Assembly (NCBI GenBank): GCA_050251875.1
Contig: JBFWMA010000001.1
Span: 454,263 to 518,262 of the forward strand
Length of the DNA: 64,000 nucleotides
Reading direction: 5' to 3'
DNA from: Deferribacterales bacterium
GTDB taxonomy: Bacteria > Chrysiogenota > Deferribacteres > Deferribacterales > Geovibrionaceae
Shown here: in pieces, positions 12,506-23,212 of the stretch
How the letters are laid out: each line of letters opens with the position of its first letter
Position numbering within the stretch: the stretch's first letter is position 1
The notes under the pieces: generated by a model
Database searches by the model: none
Seen by the model: the letters and a program-made list of their open reading frames with translations, nothing else
Told to the model about the DNA's origin: nothing
Translations under genes and position numbers: made by a program

Positions 12506-12535
12506 AAAAAAAAGGCGGTCATGCAGACCGCCTTT
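12506..12535 (-). terminator. Intrinsic terminator for the pilin gene
   Basis: AAAGGCGGTC-atgca-GACCGCCTTT with an A run on the left (U tract on the minus strand). Confidence 0.75.
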
Positions 12536-12555
12536 AATATTTTTGTTATGCTCTC

Positions 12556-13068
12556 TTAGTCCAGAGGCATGCAGATAGTTGATGTTGTGGCGCCTTCTGC
12601 TGTGGCATAGCGCAGGTTGCCTGTCGTTGCTGTATCGTTATCGAAACTTTTGTCCAGAGACACAGCGTATGCTGTTGTTACAGAGTCGCAGATTACATAT
12701 GTACCGGAAAACTTATTAGCTGAGCCGAGAGCTGATGATCCGCCGTCATTGGCTACAGTCAGAGCTGTGCCGAAAGCGTCTTTAGGAGCGTTGGCAGATG
12801 TGCCGAAGAAAGAGTTTCCGCCATTGTAAAGGTCGTCCCAGAAGTTAGCCGAAGACCATGTGCTTCCGCCTTTGAAACCGGGGGCAACGCCGTTTCTGTC
12901 ATAATATGCGAGATATCCGGTCTGTATGTTTTGAAAGTCCCTATATACCCTTTTCAGTTTGGCGTTGTTAAGAAGTTCTGTTCCCTTGATAACGCCGCCT
13001 AAGATAACGCCGATAATCATAAGAACGATCGCAAGTTCCACAAGTGTAAAGCCTTTGTTGTTTTTCAT
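12556..13068 (-). CDS. Type IV pilin / pseudopilin-like protein (170 aa)
   Basis: Class III signal MKNNKG|FTLVELAIVLMIIGVIL with E5; GGAGG RBS; two C-terminal Cys. Confidence 0.88.
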   Translation of the reverse strand: MKNNKGFTLVELAIVLMIIGVILGGVIKGTELLNNAKLKRVYRDFQNIQTGYLAYYDRNGVAPGFKGGSTWSSANFWDDLYNGGNSFFGTSANAPKDAFGTALTVANDGGSSALGSANKFSGTYVICDSVTTAYAVSLDKSFDNDTATTGNLRYATAEGATTSTICMPLD

Positions 13069-13209
13069 AATAAAAAACCTCCATTGAATTAAACGAACTA
13101 CCAATAATACCTCTATTAAAAGAAAAATCAATATACAATAGGTGTTGTCGGATAAAACTATGATGTATTCACATATATAGCGCTTGAAATAAATTTGATA
13201 ATAAATATG

Positions 13210-13238
13210 TTGAAACCTGTGACCTATTGTGATATAAC
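13210..13238 (+). promoter_or_regulatory. Putative sigma70 promoter for the rpmE operon
   Basis: TTGAAA-17 nt-TATAAC. Confidence 0.5.
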
Positions 13239-13275
13239 CCTTGTTCCGTACAGAAAAGAACCGAGGTAAAGATAG

Positions 13276-13485
13276 ATGAAAAAAGAAGGACATCCCAAAG
13301 TTAACAATGTTGTGTTCAAATGCGCATGCGGCGCTGAAATACCCGCCGTATCAACAGTTAACCCTGATAAGGCTGCTGTTGCCATTTGCTCTTCATGCCA
13401 CCCCTTCTTCACAGGCAAGCAGAAGTTCATCGATACTGCCGGCCGTGTAGAAAAATTCATGAAGAAATACAACAAATCAAAATAA
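13276..13485 (+). CDS. rpmE: 50S ribosomal protein L31 (Zn-binding form)
   Basis: CACG...[24 protein letters not shown]. Confidence 0.97.
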   Translation: MKKEGHPKVNNVVFKCACGAEIPAVSTVNPDKAAVAICSSCHPFFTGKQKFIDTAGRVEKFMKKYNKSK

Positions 13486-13494
13486 TTATATTGC

Positions 13495-14226
13495 ATGGAA
13501 AAAAGCGGCAGCCGCAAGGCGCGGCTCAACGTAAAACTGATTGCAAACACTCAGGACGGGGAGCTTGTTTCTGCGCTGGCCGCTAAACTGTGCTATTCCG
13601 ATTCCGACATCGATGGGCTGAAAGAAAAGCTCGAGGTGAAGGAACAGTCCGATTTTATCCGAAAGATCGTATCCATAGGACACCATTCAGTTTTAGAACA
13701 CCTTAATTTCACATTCGGCGTGGAGGGCGTTTCCCGTGCTCTGACCCACCAGCTCGTGCGTCACCGCATAGCCAGCTTCTCTCAGAAATCGCAGAGATAC
13801 GTCGGACATGGAGACAGCTTTCAGTATGTCGTGCCTAAGACCATAGAGGCGGATGAAAATCTGCTCGCCGAATATGACAAAGCTATGGACGAGATAGGCA
13901 AGATATACGACAGGCTGGCGAAGGCTGGTGTTCCCGCTGAGGACGCCAGGTATATTCTGCCGAACGGATGCGAAACAAAAATAATCATAACCATGAATGC
14001 CCGTGAGCTTCTGCACTTCTTCTCTGTCCGCTGCTGCGAGAGAGCCCAGTGGGAGATCAGGGACATGTCTTTTGAAATGCTGAAGCTGGCGAAAAAAGCC
14101 GCTCCGGCAGTTTTTGAAAATGCCGGTCCCGGATGCTCCAGAGGAGCATGCCCCGAAGGTGCCTTCACCTGCGGAAAAGCGAAAGAGATCAGAGAAAAAT
14201 TTCAGAATCCCAAAAACTTTCTTTAG
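13495..14226 (+). CDS. thyX: FAD-dependent thymidylate synthase
   Basis: GHHSVLEH; HQLVRHRIASFSQKSQRY signature; AQWEIR. Confidence 0.96.
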   Translation: MEKSGSRKARLNVKLIANTQDGELVSALAAKLCYSDSDIDGLKEKLEVKEQSDFIRKIVSIGHHSVLEHLNFTFGVEGVSRALTHQLVRHRIASFSQKSQRYVGHGDSFQYVVPKTIEADENLLAEYDKAMDEIGKIYDRLAKAGVPAEDARYILPNGCETKIIITMNARELLHFFSVRCCERAQWEIRDMSFEMLKLAKKAAPAVFENAGPGCSRGACPEGAFTCGKAKEIREKFQNPKNFL

Positions 14227-14323
14227 CGTTTTTGTTCATTATTCTTATATTCCCTGAAAGAGTGTAATCCGGACGGCGGTGTGTGATATCGTGCCGCATG
14301 CGTGTATCAAAGGAGAAAAGAAC

Positions 14324-15223
14324 ATGTCGAAACCAAATATAGGCGGACAGGCGGTTATAGAGGGCGTTATGATGAGAGCCCCCGAAAGATTCGTGATAGC
14401 CGTCCGCAAGAGCAAAGACGAAATCGTCCTCAAGAAAGAGGATGTGAAGATAGACAGAAACAAACTTTTCAAAAAACCGCTTATCAGAGGGCTGATAGCT
14501 CTCTATGATTCGCTGATTCTCGGCATCAGGGCGCTCAATTTCAGCGCTTATCACTCCACAGGCGAGGGCGAGGAACAGATGAGCAAAGCCGCCACCATTT
14601 TCAGTATGGTGACAGGCATAGGTCTCGGGCTACTGCTTTTCATCTATCTGCCTTTGCAGATAACCGATCTTTTGAAACACCTTATCCCCTCCATAAAAGA
14701 TTCGTCTCTGATGTATAATGCTGTGGACGGCGTTATCAGGGTTATATTCTTCGTGGTGTATGTGTGGGCGATATCGTTTCTGAAAGATATCAGGCGGGTT
14801 TTCGAATATCACGGCGCCGAGCACAAGGCGATATATACATATGAAGAGGGGATGGAGCTGACAGTGGAAAACGCCAGAAAAATGAGCCGTTTTCACCCCA
14901 GATGCGGAACCAGCTTTCTGATAATCCTGATGCTGGTGTGCATCATGACCTTTTCTCTGATACCCAATGACGCTAACTTTTTTATAAAGCTGGGAGCGAG
15001 GCTGGTGTTCATTCCCGTGATAGCCGGCGTCAGCTATGAGATATTGAAATTCAGCGGGAGACATCATAAACACCCGATAGTCAGGTTTCTTATCGCCCCC
15101 GGGCTGATGCTCCAGAAGATAACAACCAAAGAGCCGGACGACAGCCAGCTCGAGGTCGCTCTCATCTCCATCAGAGCTTCTTTGGATATGGAGATACCCA
15201 CAGAGGGAATAACAATAGTCTGA
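14324..15223 (+). CDS. DUF1385 membrane protein
   Basis: GGQAVIEGVMM, YHGAEHK, HPRCGTSF motifs; AAGGAG RBS before the ATG at 14324. Confidence 0.9.
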   Translation: MSKPNIGGQAVIEGVMMRAPERFVIAVRKSKDEIVLKKEDVKIDRNKLFKKPLIRGLIALYDSLILGIRALNFSAYHSTGEGEEQMSKAATIFSMVTGIGLGLLLFIYLPLQITDLLKHLIPSIKDSSLMYNAVDGVIRVIFFVVYVWAISFLKDIRRVFEYHGAEHKAIYTYEEGMELTVENARKMSRFHPRCGTSFLIILMLVCIMTFSLIPNDANFFIKLGARLVFIPVIAGVSYEILKFSGRHHKHPIVRFLIAPGLMLQKITTKEPDDSQLEVALISIRASLDMEIPTEGITIV

Positions 15224-15231
15224 GGATATAA

Positions 15232-16299
15232 ATGTTTGATAAGTTACAGGAAGTAAAAGAAAGATACGAAGCCCTGACCAAGTCAATGGTCGATCCTGAC
15301 GTTATAGCCGATCAGGAACTTTTTATGAAATCGTCAAAGGACCACGCCGAGATGCGTCCCGTTGTGGAAAAATATGACGAATACATGTCGGTGAAGGAAT
15401 CTCTGGAAGAGGCGAAGAAAATCATCGCCGAATCAAAGGACAAAGAGCTGATAGAGCTCGCCGAAATGGAGCTGGAAGAGAATAAGGACACTCTGGAGAA
15501 TATGGAGGAGGAGCTTAAAAAACTTCTTCTGAAAAAAGACCCTTACGATCATAAGAACATCTTTCTGGAGATCAGGGCTGGCACAGGCGGGGACGAAGCG
15601 TCTCTTTTCGCCGCTGTTCTGCTGAAGATGTATACCAGATACGCCGAGATGAACGGCTGGAAAGTTGAGATTGTGGATTTCAACGACACAGGCGTGGGCG
15701 GATATAAAGAGGTGGTGGCTCTGGTGAAGGGGCACGGAGCGTACAGCAAGCTGAAGTTCGAGGCGGGCGGTCACAGGGTGCAGAGAGTGCCGGAGACCGA
15801 GTCCGGCGGGCGTATACACACATCTGCCTGCACAGTGGCTGTTATGCCCGAGGCGGAAGACGTGGACGTGAACATAGAACAGAAGGACATCCGTGTGGAC
15901 GTTTACCGCTCAGGCGGAGCGGGCGGACAGCACATCAACACCACAGACTCAGCCGTGCGCATGACTCACATCCCCACCGGAATAGTGGTTACATGTCAGG
16001 ACGAGAGAAGCCAGATCAAAAACCGTGAAAAAGCCATGAAACTTCTGAAATCCAGAATTCTGGAAGCGGAAATAACAAGAAAGCAGGCAGAAGAAGCCGC
16101 CGCGCGTAAACTGCAAGTGGGTTCCGGCGACAGAAGCGAAAGGATCAGAACATATAACTTTCCCCAGAACAGGGTGACAGACCACAGAATAAAAGAATCC
16201 ATGAACCTCGACAGATTTCTTCTGGGCGAGATGGAATACATGATAGACGCCACCATCGCCTTCGATCAGGCGGAAAGGCTGAGAGAATCAGGTCTTTAA
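15232..16299 (+). CDS. prfA: Peptide chain release factor 1
   Basis: GGQ motif; PET (PxT) anticodon-mimic motif; followed by prmC. Confidence 0.97.
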   Translation: MFDKLQEVKERYEALTKSMVDPDVIADQELFMKSSKDHAEMRPVVEKYDEYMSVKESLEEAKKIIAESKDKELIELAEMELEENKDTLENMEEELKKLLLKKDPYDHKNIFLEIRAGTGGDEASLFAAVLLKMYTRYAEMNGWKVEIVDFNDTGVGGYKEVVALVKGHGAYSKLKFEAGGHRVQRVPETESGGRIHTSACTVAVMPEAEDVDVNIEQKDIRVDVYRSGGAGGQHINTTDSAVRMTHIPTGIVVTCQDERSQIKNREKAMKLLKSRILEAEITRKQAEEAAARKLQVGSGDRSERIRTYNFPQNRVTDHRIKESMNLDRFLLGEMEYMIDATIAFDQAERLRESGL

Positions 16300-17108
16300 T
16301 GAAACTGGCGGAATTCATCGGAGAACTCCGTGAAAGTGTTCTGCCCAATTTCAGCGATTCGCTGGAGTTTGTTTCTCACATAACAGGTATCCCTTACAGG
16401 GAGCTGTCTCTGCATATGTCTGACGATATCATCGTCACAGACGCAACCGAAAAACTCATAGAGAGGCTCAGACAGAAAGAGCCTCTCGCCTATGTTATAA
16501 ACAATAAAAACTTTTTCGGGCTGGATATTTATACAGACCATAGGGCTCTTATTCCAAGACCCGAGACAGAGATTCTGGCGGAAGAGGCTGTGAGGCTGGC
16601 GGAAGAGAACGGATACGGCACTATGCTGGACATATGCACAGGCTCCGGATGTATCCCTTGCGCCGTGCTGAGCGTATGTCGTGAGATGCGGGCGGATCTG
16701 CTGGATATCAGCCGTGACGCTCTCTATGTGGCGGAGACAAACATCAGCCGATATGCCTGCGGACGGTTTAATCTGGTGCTGGCGGACGCTCTGAGTTACG
16801 GATTTCCCAAAAGGTACGATCTGGTTACCTGCAACCCGCCATATTTGTCGGAATATGAATGGGAAACATCTGATAAATCGTTGAAATTCGAGCCTAAAAA
16901 CGCCCTTAGCGCCGGAGATGACGCAGTGGTGTTCTACAAAAAATTAATAGACATGATACCTTATTTGTGTAATAAAAATGGTGCGGCACTTTTTGAGCTG
17001 GGAGCGGGGCAGGCGGATATAATCCGCGGTCTTTTTCCGGACGGAAAGTTTCGTTTCATCAGAGACTATCAGAATATAGAAAGGGTACTCGTTTGGATAA
17101 ACTCGTAA
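16299..17108 (+). CDS. prmC: Release factor glutamine methyltransferase
   Basis: LIPRPETE, DICTGSG, NPPY. Confidence 0.93.
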   Translation: MKLAEFIGELRESVLPNFSDSLEFVSHITGIPYRELSLHMSDDIIVTDATEKLIERLRQKEPLAYVINNKNFFGLDIYTDHRALIPRPETEILAEEAVRLAEENGYGTMLDICTGSGCIPCAVLSVCREMRADLLDISRDALYVAETNISRYACGRFNLVLADALSYGFPKRYDLVTCNPPYLSEYEWETSDKSLKFEPKNALSAGDDAVVFYKKLIDMIPYLCNKNGAALFELGAGQADIIRGLFPDGKFRFIRDYQNIERVLVWINS

Positions 17109-18352
17109 TCGAAGGCGGACACGAACTAAACGGCACGATCCGCATCAGCGGGGCGAAGAATGCCGCTCTCCCCATCCTCTCCGCGGTAATACTGGCAGAC
17201 GGTCAGTTCAAAATAGCGGAAGCTCCCGAACTGGTGGATATCTCCACCATGCTTAAATTGTTAAACGAATTCGGCATTACATCTGTCAGGGAAGGGAAAT
17301 CCGTCACGCTGAACAGCGAGTTCTGTCCCGAAAAATACATAGCTCCCTATGAGCTGGTGAAGACCATGAGAGCCAGCGTGCTGACTCTGGGACCGCTTCT
17401 CGCCAGAAAGAAGAAGGCGAAAGTATCTCTGCCGGGCGGCTGCGCCATCGGCGAGCGTCCCGTTGACCTGCACCTGAAGGCTCTGGAGGCTATGGGCGCC
17501 ACTGTAAACGTGGAACACGGATACATTGAGGCGGAATGTGAAAGACTGAAAGGCGCTGAGATCGCCTTTGACATAGTGACCGTGACAGGCACAGAGAATA
17601 TAATGATGGCAGCCACTCTGGCGGAGGGCGAAACCATCTTGCGCAACGCCGCACAGGAGCCGGAGGTCGTTGACCTTGCCAGATTCCTGAAAAAGATGGG
17701 CGCTAAGATCGAGGGCGAAGGCACGAAAGAGATACGCATAAAAGGTGTGGAGAGACTCTCCAGCGCCGATTATACCGTTATGCCAGACCGCATAGAGGCA
17801 GGCACTTTTATCTGCTGTGTGGCAGGAGCGGGCGGATGCGTGGAGCTGACAAACGTCCCCGTGGACGAGATGCGCACTACTCTGGATAAACTCGCCGAAA
17901 CAGGGCTGAAGATAGAAAAGATAAACGACAGAACGCTGAAAGTGACAACTGGCGGCAAGATAGGTTCTACAGATGTCACAACCCAGCCTTATCCCGGGTT
18001 TGCCACCGATATGCAGGCACAGTTCATGGTGCTGATGTGTATGGCGGACGGGGTGTCTGTTGTAACCGAGACCATTTTTGAAAACAGGTTCATGCACGTT
18101 GCCGAGCTGAAAAGAATGGGAGCGGATATAAAACTTAAAGATAAATCTGCTATAATAAAAGGCGTGGATAAACTGACGGGCGCTCCCGTTATGGCTTCTG
18201 ATCTCAGAGCCAGCGCCAGTCTTGTGATTGCCGGGCTGATGGCTGACGGCGTTACCGAGATATCCAGACTGTATCATCTGGACAGAGGATACGAGGATTT
18301 CGTGGAAAAACTGGCCGGAGTGGGCGCTGTGCTCAGACGGGAAAAGGAATAA
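17093..18352 (+). CDS. murA: UDP-N-acetylglucosamine 1-carboxyvinyltransferase
   Basis: SGAKNAALP, LPGGCAIGERP, IFENRF, DLRA; TTG start. Confidence 0.97.
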   Translation: MDKLVIEGGHELNGTIRISGAKNAALPILSAVILADGQFKIAEAPELVDISTMLKLLNEFGITSVREGKSVTLNSEFCPEKYIAPYELVKTMRASVLTLGPLLARKKKAKVSLPGGCAIGERPVDLHLKALEAMGATVNVEHGYIEAECERLKGAEIAFDIVTVTGTENIMMAATLAEGETILRNAAQEPEVVDLARFLKKMGAKIEGEGTKEIRIKGVERLSSADYTVMPDRIEAGTFICCVAGAGGCVELTNVPVDEMRTTLDKLAETGLKIEKINDRTLKVTTGGKIGSTDVTTQPYPGFATDMQAQFMVLMCMADGVSVVTETIFENRFMHVAELKRMGADIKLKDKSAIIKGVDKLTGAPVMASDLRASASLVIAGLMADGVTEISRLYHLDRGYEDFVEKLAGVGAVLRREKE

Positions 18353-18984
18353 TGAGAAACGATAACTGTATTAATGTCGCCCTGCCCAAAGGCAGACTGG
18401 CGGAAGACACCATAGATCTTTTTCTGAAAAAAGGGATCACTAAAGAAGGGGTTGTGGATTTCAACTCCCGCATGCTCACCTTCTATGACGAAGAGAACAA
18501 TATTAAATTCATGATGGTACGCAACATGGACGTATCCACATATGTCAAACACGGCGCCGCCGATATCGGCGTTGTGGGCAAGGACATACTGCTGGAATCC
18601 GCCTGTGATGTTTACGAATATCTGGATCTGGGGTTTGGATACTGCCGCCTGTGCGTGGCGGGCGTCAAAGACTCCGATCTGTCATATCGCCACGATATGG
18701 TTGTAGCGACAAAATATCCCACACTCACAAAGAACTTTTTTGCGGGTAAGGGTGTCTTCATAGAGACTATTAAGCTGTACGGCTCTATAGAGCTTTCACC
18801 GATAGTCGGATTGTCCGACTTCATTGTCGATCTGGTATCCACAGGTCAGACTCTGAAAAAGAACGGGCTGGTTGAGGTTGAGACGATGCTCGAATCCACC
18901 GCCAGACTCATAGGCAACAAAAGTATGGCTAAAGTTAAATATGCTAGAATCAAGGAAATACTGGATGTAGTGGAGTCAGCATGA
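18352..18984 (+). CDS. hisG: ATP phosphoribosyltransferase, short form (needs HisZ)
   Basis: ALPKGRL, VATKYP, DLVSTGQTLKKNGL; 210 aa with no regulatory C-domain. Confidence 0.95.
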   Translation: MRNDNCINVALPKGRLAEDTIDLFLKKGITKEGVVDFNSRMLTFYDEENNIKFMMVRNMDVSTYVKHGAADIGVVGKDILLESACDVYEYLDLGFGYCRLCVAGVKDSDLSYRHDMVVATKYPTLTKNFFAGKGVFIETIKLYGSIELSPIVGLSDFIVDLVSTGQTLKKNGLVEVETMLESTARLIGNKSMAKVKYARIKEILDVVESA

Positions 18985-21221
18985 GACGTAATTTTTTTTT
19001 TATAACCCTCGTATTCCTCTTTTCTCTTAATGCCTTTGCCGCCTCGATAGACTCAGTGGTTATCAAAGGAAACCGCAGAGTACCCACCCAGACACTTCAG
19101 AAATATACTGTTCACGAAGGACGTGAGTTCAATCTCGCCGAAGTGGACAAAAGCGTTAAAGATCTTTTCGCTTCCGGTCTGGTTACCGATGTCAAAGTTG
19201 ACATGCGTGTGGATGACGACAGGCTGGTTCTGGTATATGACATTAAGGAAAAGCCCTATGTGAACAAGGTTTACTTCAACGGTAACACACAGGTCAAAAC
19301 CCGTATTCTGGAAGAGGCCATCACTCCCATGTCCGGTCAGCTTCTGGACAGCAAAAAGGTTGAGTCCAACCTGCAGCTGGTTCAGGAGAAATATTCCGAA
19401 GAAAAATTCTATTCAGCCAAGATAACCGCCGAAGTGGAGGACAGAGGCAACAACTCTGTTGACGTTGTTTACTCCGTTAACGAAGGCGCTCAGGCTAAAA
19501 TATACGATATCAAAATCGAAGGGAACAAACACTTCAAAACAAAAGCGATCCTGAAAGAGATCGAAACCTCTAAGAAAGGATTCTGGTCATTCCTCTCCGG
19601 CTCAGGAACTCTGAAGAAAACAGAGCTGAGAACAGATATTGAGCGCATCAGAGCTATGTATCTCAGAGACGGATACGCCAGAGTGATCGTGGGCGACCCC
19701 GATATCAAACTTTCTGACGACAGAAAGAAAATCTACGTTACTATAAAAATCAATGAAGGCATCAGATATAAAATATCTCAGATAGAGTTCGCCGGATATG
19801 AGCACGCCAAGCTGGAAGACCTCCAGAAGTCAGTCGCTCTGAAAACCGGAGACTTCTTCAATGTGGAAAGATTTCAGGATGACGTTAAATCAGTTACATC
19901 CGTTTTCACAAAAATAGGTTATGCCTACGCTAACGTCTCTCCCAACACCAGCATGAATGACGAGACAGAGACCATCTCCATCAGATATGATGTGGAGGAG
20001 AACCATCTCGTATATATCAACAGAATCAACATCAGAGGAAACACCAAGTCGAGAGACAGGGTTATCAGAAGAGAGTTTGACATTGTTGAGGGCGAGCTCT
20101 ACAACAGCAGGCTGATAGACGACTCCAGAAGACACCTTGAGTTCACCGACTATTTCGACTCCGTAAGGGTGGCTGAAAAACGTGTGGGCGAAGACACCAT
20201 AGATCTTGATGTTGATGTGAACGACAAAATGACCGGTATGTTCAGCATCGCCGCCGGTTACTCTACCATCGACAAGTTCATCGGTACAGTGTCTCTGACA
20301 CAGAAGAACCTGTTCGGTCTGGGATATGAGCTGACTACAAAAGGCGAGTTCTCCAGCTCATCCACCAACTATACCGTCAGCTTTGTTAACCCCTGGCTGT
20401 TCGACAAACCCTACAGCTTCGGCGTGGATCTGTTCAACACCAAAAGGGAATATGACGAATACACCAAAAGATCACAGGGTTTTGCTCTGTCTGTGGGTCA
20501 TCAGCTTATAAAAAGAAGACTCTACGGAACTATCAAATATAAATATGAAGACAACGAACTGACCGACCTCGATGACAATGTCGCTGACATCATCAGGGCT
20601 CAGGAAGGAAAATCAAAAATCATCAGTATCACTCCCATGCTGAAGTGGTCTTCCACAAACCACCCCTATCTGCCGACAAGGGGTAACCAGACCAGCGTCT
20701 TCGTGAAGATGGCGGGCGGTCCTCTGGGCGGAACATATGACTTCGCCAAGGTGGGAGCGGACACAACCCAGTATGTGACAGTGATAGGAAAACTCGTTTT
20801 CATGGCTCACCTTGAAGCGGGTATGATAAAAATGTTCGATGACAACGATGCTCCCATCGCCGAGCGTTACAGAATGGGCGGTATGTACAGCATCAGGGGT
20901 TACGATTACGGAGATATCTCTCCCGTGGATGATGACGGCAACAAGTTCGGCGGTACAAAATACATCCAGAACAACTTCGAACTGGTGTTCCCGCTGGTTA
21001 CCAGTGTTCAGCTGATGGGTGTTATGTTCTTCGATCAGGGTCAGGCATACGGCGAGGATGAGACATTCCTCGGCAGAGAGCTTGCCAGATCATACGGCGC
21101 GGGCGTTCGCTGGTACAGCCCCATCGGACCGCTTAGATTCGAATACGGTATACCGATCAATCCCGAAGACGGTCTTACAGACCACGGCAGATGGGAATTC
21201 TCCATCGGCGGTATGATATAA
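18981..21221 (+). CDS. bamA: Outer membrane protein assembly factor BamA
   Basis: Signal peptide, POTRA repeats, IRGYD (VRGF-like) motif, SPIGPLRF near the C-terminus. Confidence 0.95.
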   Translation: MRRNFFFITLVFLFSLNAFAASIDSVVIKGNRRVPTQTLQKYTVHEGREFNLAEVDKSVKDLFASGLVTDVKVDMRVDDDRLVLVYDIKEKPYVNKVYFNGNTQVKTRILEEAITPMSGQLLDSKKVESNLQLVQEKYSEEKFYSAKITAEVEDRGNNSVDVVYSVNEGAQAKIYDIKIEGNKHFKTKAILKEIETSKKGFWSFLSGSGTLKKTELRTDIERIRAMYLRDGYARVIVGDPDIKLSDDRKKIYVTIKINEGIRYKISQIEFAGYEHAKLEDLQKSVALKTGDFFNVERFQDDVKSVTSVFTKIGYAYANVSPNTSMNDETETISIRYDVEENHLVYINRINIRGNTKSRDRVIRREFDIVEGELYNSRLIDDSRRHLEFTDYFDSVRVAEKRVGEDTIDLDVDVNDKMTGMFSIAAGYSTIDKFIGTVSLTQKNLFGLGYELTTKGEFSSSSTNYTVSFVNPWLFDKPYSFGVDLFNTKREYDEYTKRSQGFALSVGHQLIKRRLYGTIKYKYEDNELTDLDDNVADIIRAQEGKSKIISITPMLKWSSTNHPYLPTRGNQTSVFVKMAGGPLGGTYDFAKVGADTTQYVTVIGKLVFMAHLEAGMIKMFDDNDAPIAERYRMGGMYSIRGYDYGDISPVDDDGNKFGGTKYIQNNFELVFPLVTSVQLMGVMFFDQGQAYGEDETFLGRELARSYGAGVRWYSPIGPLRFEYGIPINPEDGLTDHGRWEFSIGGMI

Positions 21222-21258
21222 GTCTTTTAACTATGTAATCTCAGGAGGAAGTAGATAC

Positions 21259-21774
21259 ATGAAAACCAAACTTTTTTTACTGCTTGTAGTTATGACAGTT
21301 TTTTCCGCGACAGCATTTGCTAAAATAGGCGTGCTTGACTTTCAGAAAGTTCTGAAAGAGTCTGCCGGAGGCAAAGACGTTTATTCTAAACTGAAGAGCA
21401 AAGCTGACGAGTATGACAATAAACTCACAGGCGTGGGCGAGACAATCAAAAAAATGCAGCAGGAATACGCCGCTAAAGAGAGCGTGTATGACGATGCCGC
21501 AAAAGATAAAAAGAGAAGCGATATCCAGAAACAGATCAGAGATTTCAACCAGTCTAAAGAAGATTACGGCAAAGAGCTGAAAAGACTGGAAATGAGATAT
21601 CTGAAAACTATTCAGGATGATGTTCTGAAAATATGCGAGGCTATGGGAAAAGAGCTTGATCTGGAAGTCATCCTCGAGGTGAACAACTCAGGCGTTCTTT
21701 ACATGAGCCCCAAAATAGATATCACAGACAACGTGATTCAGCGTTACAACAACGTATTTAAACAGAAAAAATGA
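21259..21774 (+). CDS. skp: Periplasmic chaperone Skp/OmpH
   Basis: Signal peptide, KIGVLD, coiled coil, DIT..V; follows bamA. Confidence 0.9.
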   Translation: MKTKLFLLLVVMTVFSATAFAKIGVLDFQKVLKESAGGKDVYSKLKSKADEYDNKLTGVGETIKKMQQEYAAKESVYDDAAKDKKRSDIQKQIRDFNQSKEDYGKELKRLEMRYLKTIQDDVLKICEAMGKELDLEVILEVNNSGVLYMSPKIDITDNVIQRYNNVFKQKK

Positions 21775-22787
21775 AATCCTCTGAAATAGCGTCAAAGCTC
21801 GGACTCACACTTAAGGGTGCTGATGCTGAGGTTTTAAAAGTCTGTTCATACGAAGATATACAAAAAGGGGCAATTGTGCCCCTTTTTGACAAAAATATCC
21901 CCGAAGACGTATACGGTTCCGATGCGTCTGTTTTTCTGATGAAAACAGGCAGCGAGCCTGACAACGGCAGAACATATCTGCTGGCGGATGACGCCGAAAC
22001 GGCTCTGGTGAGCGTGATTAATCTGCTCTATCCGAAAAAGTCAGCGCCCGCCGGTGTTCATCCCTCCGCCTTTGTGGCTGATTCAGCCGAGCTGGGCGAG
22101 GGTGTCAGCATAGGAGCTTTCGCTTACATAGGCGAAAACGCCGTGATAGGCAGCGGTAGCGTCATTCACAACAATGTCAGCATAGCGGACGGTGTTGTTC
22201 TGGGCAAAGACTGCGAAATATTTCCCAATGTCAGCATCTATTCCGGAACAAGAACAGGCGACAGAGTAATGATCCACTCCGGCACCGTGATCGGGGCGGA
22301 TGGTTTCGGATATTATTTCAAAAAAGGCGTACATGTAAAAATCCCCCACATCGGCGGAGTATATCTCGGCAACGATGTGGAGATCGGTTCCAACACCTGT
22401 GTGGACAGGGGAAAATTCTCCGACACTGTTCTGGGTGACGGAACCAAGATAGACAATCAGGTGCAGATAGCCCATAACTGCGTCCTCGGCAGAGGATGCA
22501 TCATGGCAGGACACGCCGCTCTGGCGGGAAGCACCACAATGGGCGACTATGTTATCATGGGCGCCAGAGCAGGTTCGGCAGGACATGTCAAAATCTGTTC
22601 AGAAACGATACTCGCCGCTCAGTGCGGGGTTATCTCCGACATAGAGAAACCCGGCATATACGCTGGGGCGCCGCACACAGCCAGAAAATCATGGATGAGA
22701 GAGCAGGTTCTCATAAGAAAACTGCCTGATTTCGTTAAAAGAATCGAAGACATAGAGAGGAAACTTAAAGATGCAGATGGACATTAA
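21771..22787 (+). CDS. lpxD: UDP-3-O-acylglucosamine N-acyltransferase
   Basis: Hexapeptide repeats; [19 protein letters not shown]. Confidence 0.96.
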   Translation: MKSSEIASKLGLTLKGADAEVLKVCSYEDIQKGAIVPLFDKNIPEDVYGSDASVFLMKTGSEPDNGRTYLLADDAETALVSVINLLYPKKSAPAGVHPSAFVADSAELGEGVSIGAFAYIGENAVIGSGSVIHNNVSIADGVVLGKDCEIFPNVSIYSGTRTGDRVMIHSGTVIGADGFGYYFKKGVHVKIPHIGGVYLGNDVEIGSNTCVDRGKFSDTVLGDGTKIDNQVQIAHNCVLGRGCIMAGHAALAGSTTMGDYVIMGARAGSAGHVKICSETILAAQCGVISDIEKPGIYAGAPHTARKSWMREQVLIRKLPDFVKRIEDIERKLKDADGH

Positions 22788-23208
22788 AGAAATAATGAAA
22801 AAGCTCCCCCACAGATATCCTTTTCTGCTGGTGGACAAAATAACAGAGATGGACAGCGAGAGCATCACCGGAATAAAAAACGTGACTATGAACGAGCCCT
22901 TCTTTCAGGGACATTTTCCGGACTATCCCGTTATGCCCGGTGTTCTGATAATAGAGGCTATGGCTCAGGTGGCAGGTATCCACACCATCTCCACAGCGGA
23001 GAATGTTCCCGATAACGTCCTTTTCTTCTTCATGGGAGTGGACGGAGTGAAATTCAGAAAACAGGTCGTCCCCGGCGATCAGCTCGTTATGAAGATAACA
23101 GTTCTGAAAAAGAAGAGAGATCTGGTAAAAGCAAAAGGAGAAGCCTATGTAGACGGCGTGCTTGCCTGCGAGGGAGAGCTCACCGCAATAATGAGAGGCT
23201 CAGAGTAA
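22771..23208 (+). CDS. fabZ: 3-hydroxyacyl-ACP dehydratase
   Basis: [29 protein letters not shown]. Confidence 0.97.
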   Translation: MQMDIKEIMKKLPHRYPFLLVDKITEMDSESITGIKNVTMNEPFFQGHFPDYPVMPGVLIIEAMAQVAGIHTISTAENVPDNVLFFFMGVDGVKFRKQVVPGDQLVMKITVLKKKRDLVKAKGEAYVDGVLACEGELTAIMRGSE

Positions 23209-23212
23209 ATAT

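Noticed and set aside
13239..13266. Hairpin over the rpmE RBS as an L31 leader
   Set aside because: The 5' arm begins right at the predicted -10, so it is probably not fully transcribed, and the pairing is weak.
13069..13293. N-terminal extension of the 245-aa pilin ORF
   Set aside because: The RBS and class III signal place the start at 13068; the extension crosses the rpmE promoter and start.
14269..14279. 11-mer CCGGACGGCGG shared with the tyrS leader (about 27098)
   Set aside because: A match this short is expected by chance and the flanks do not align.
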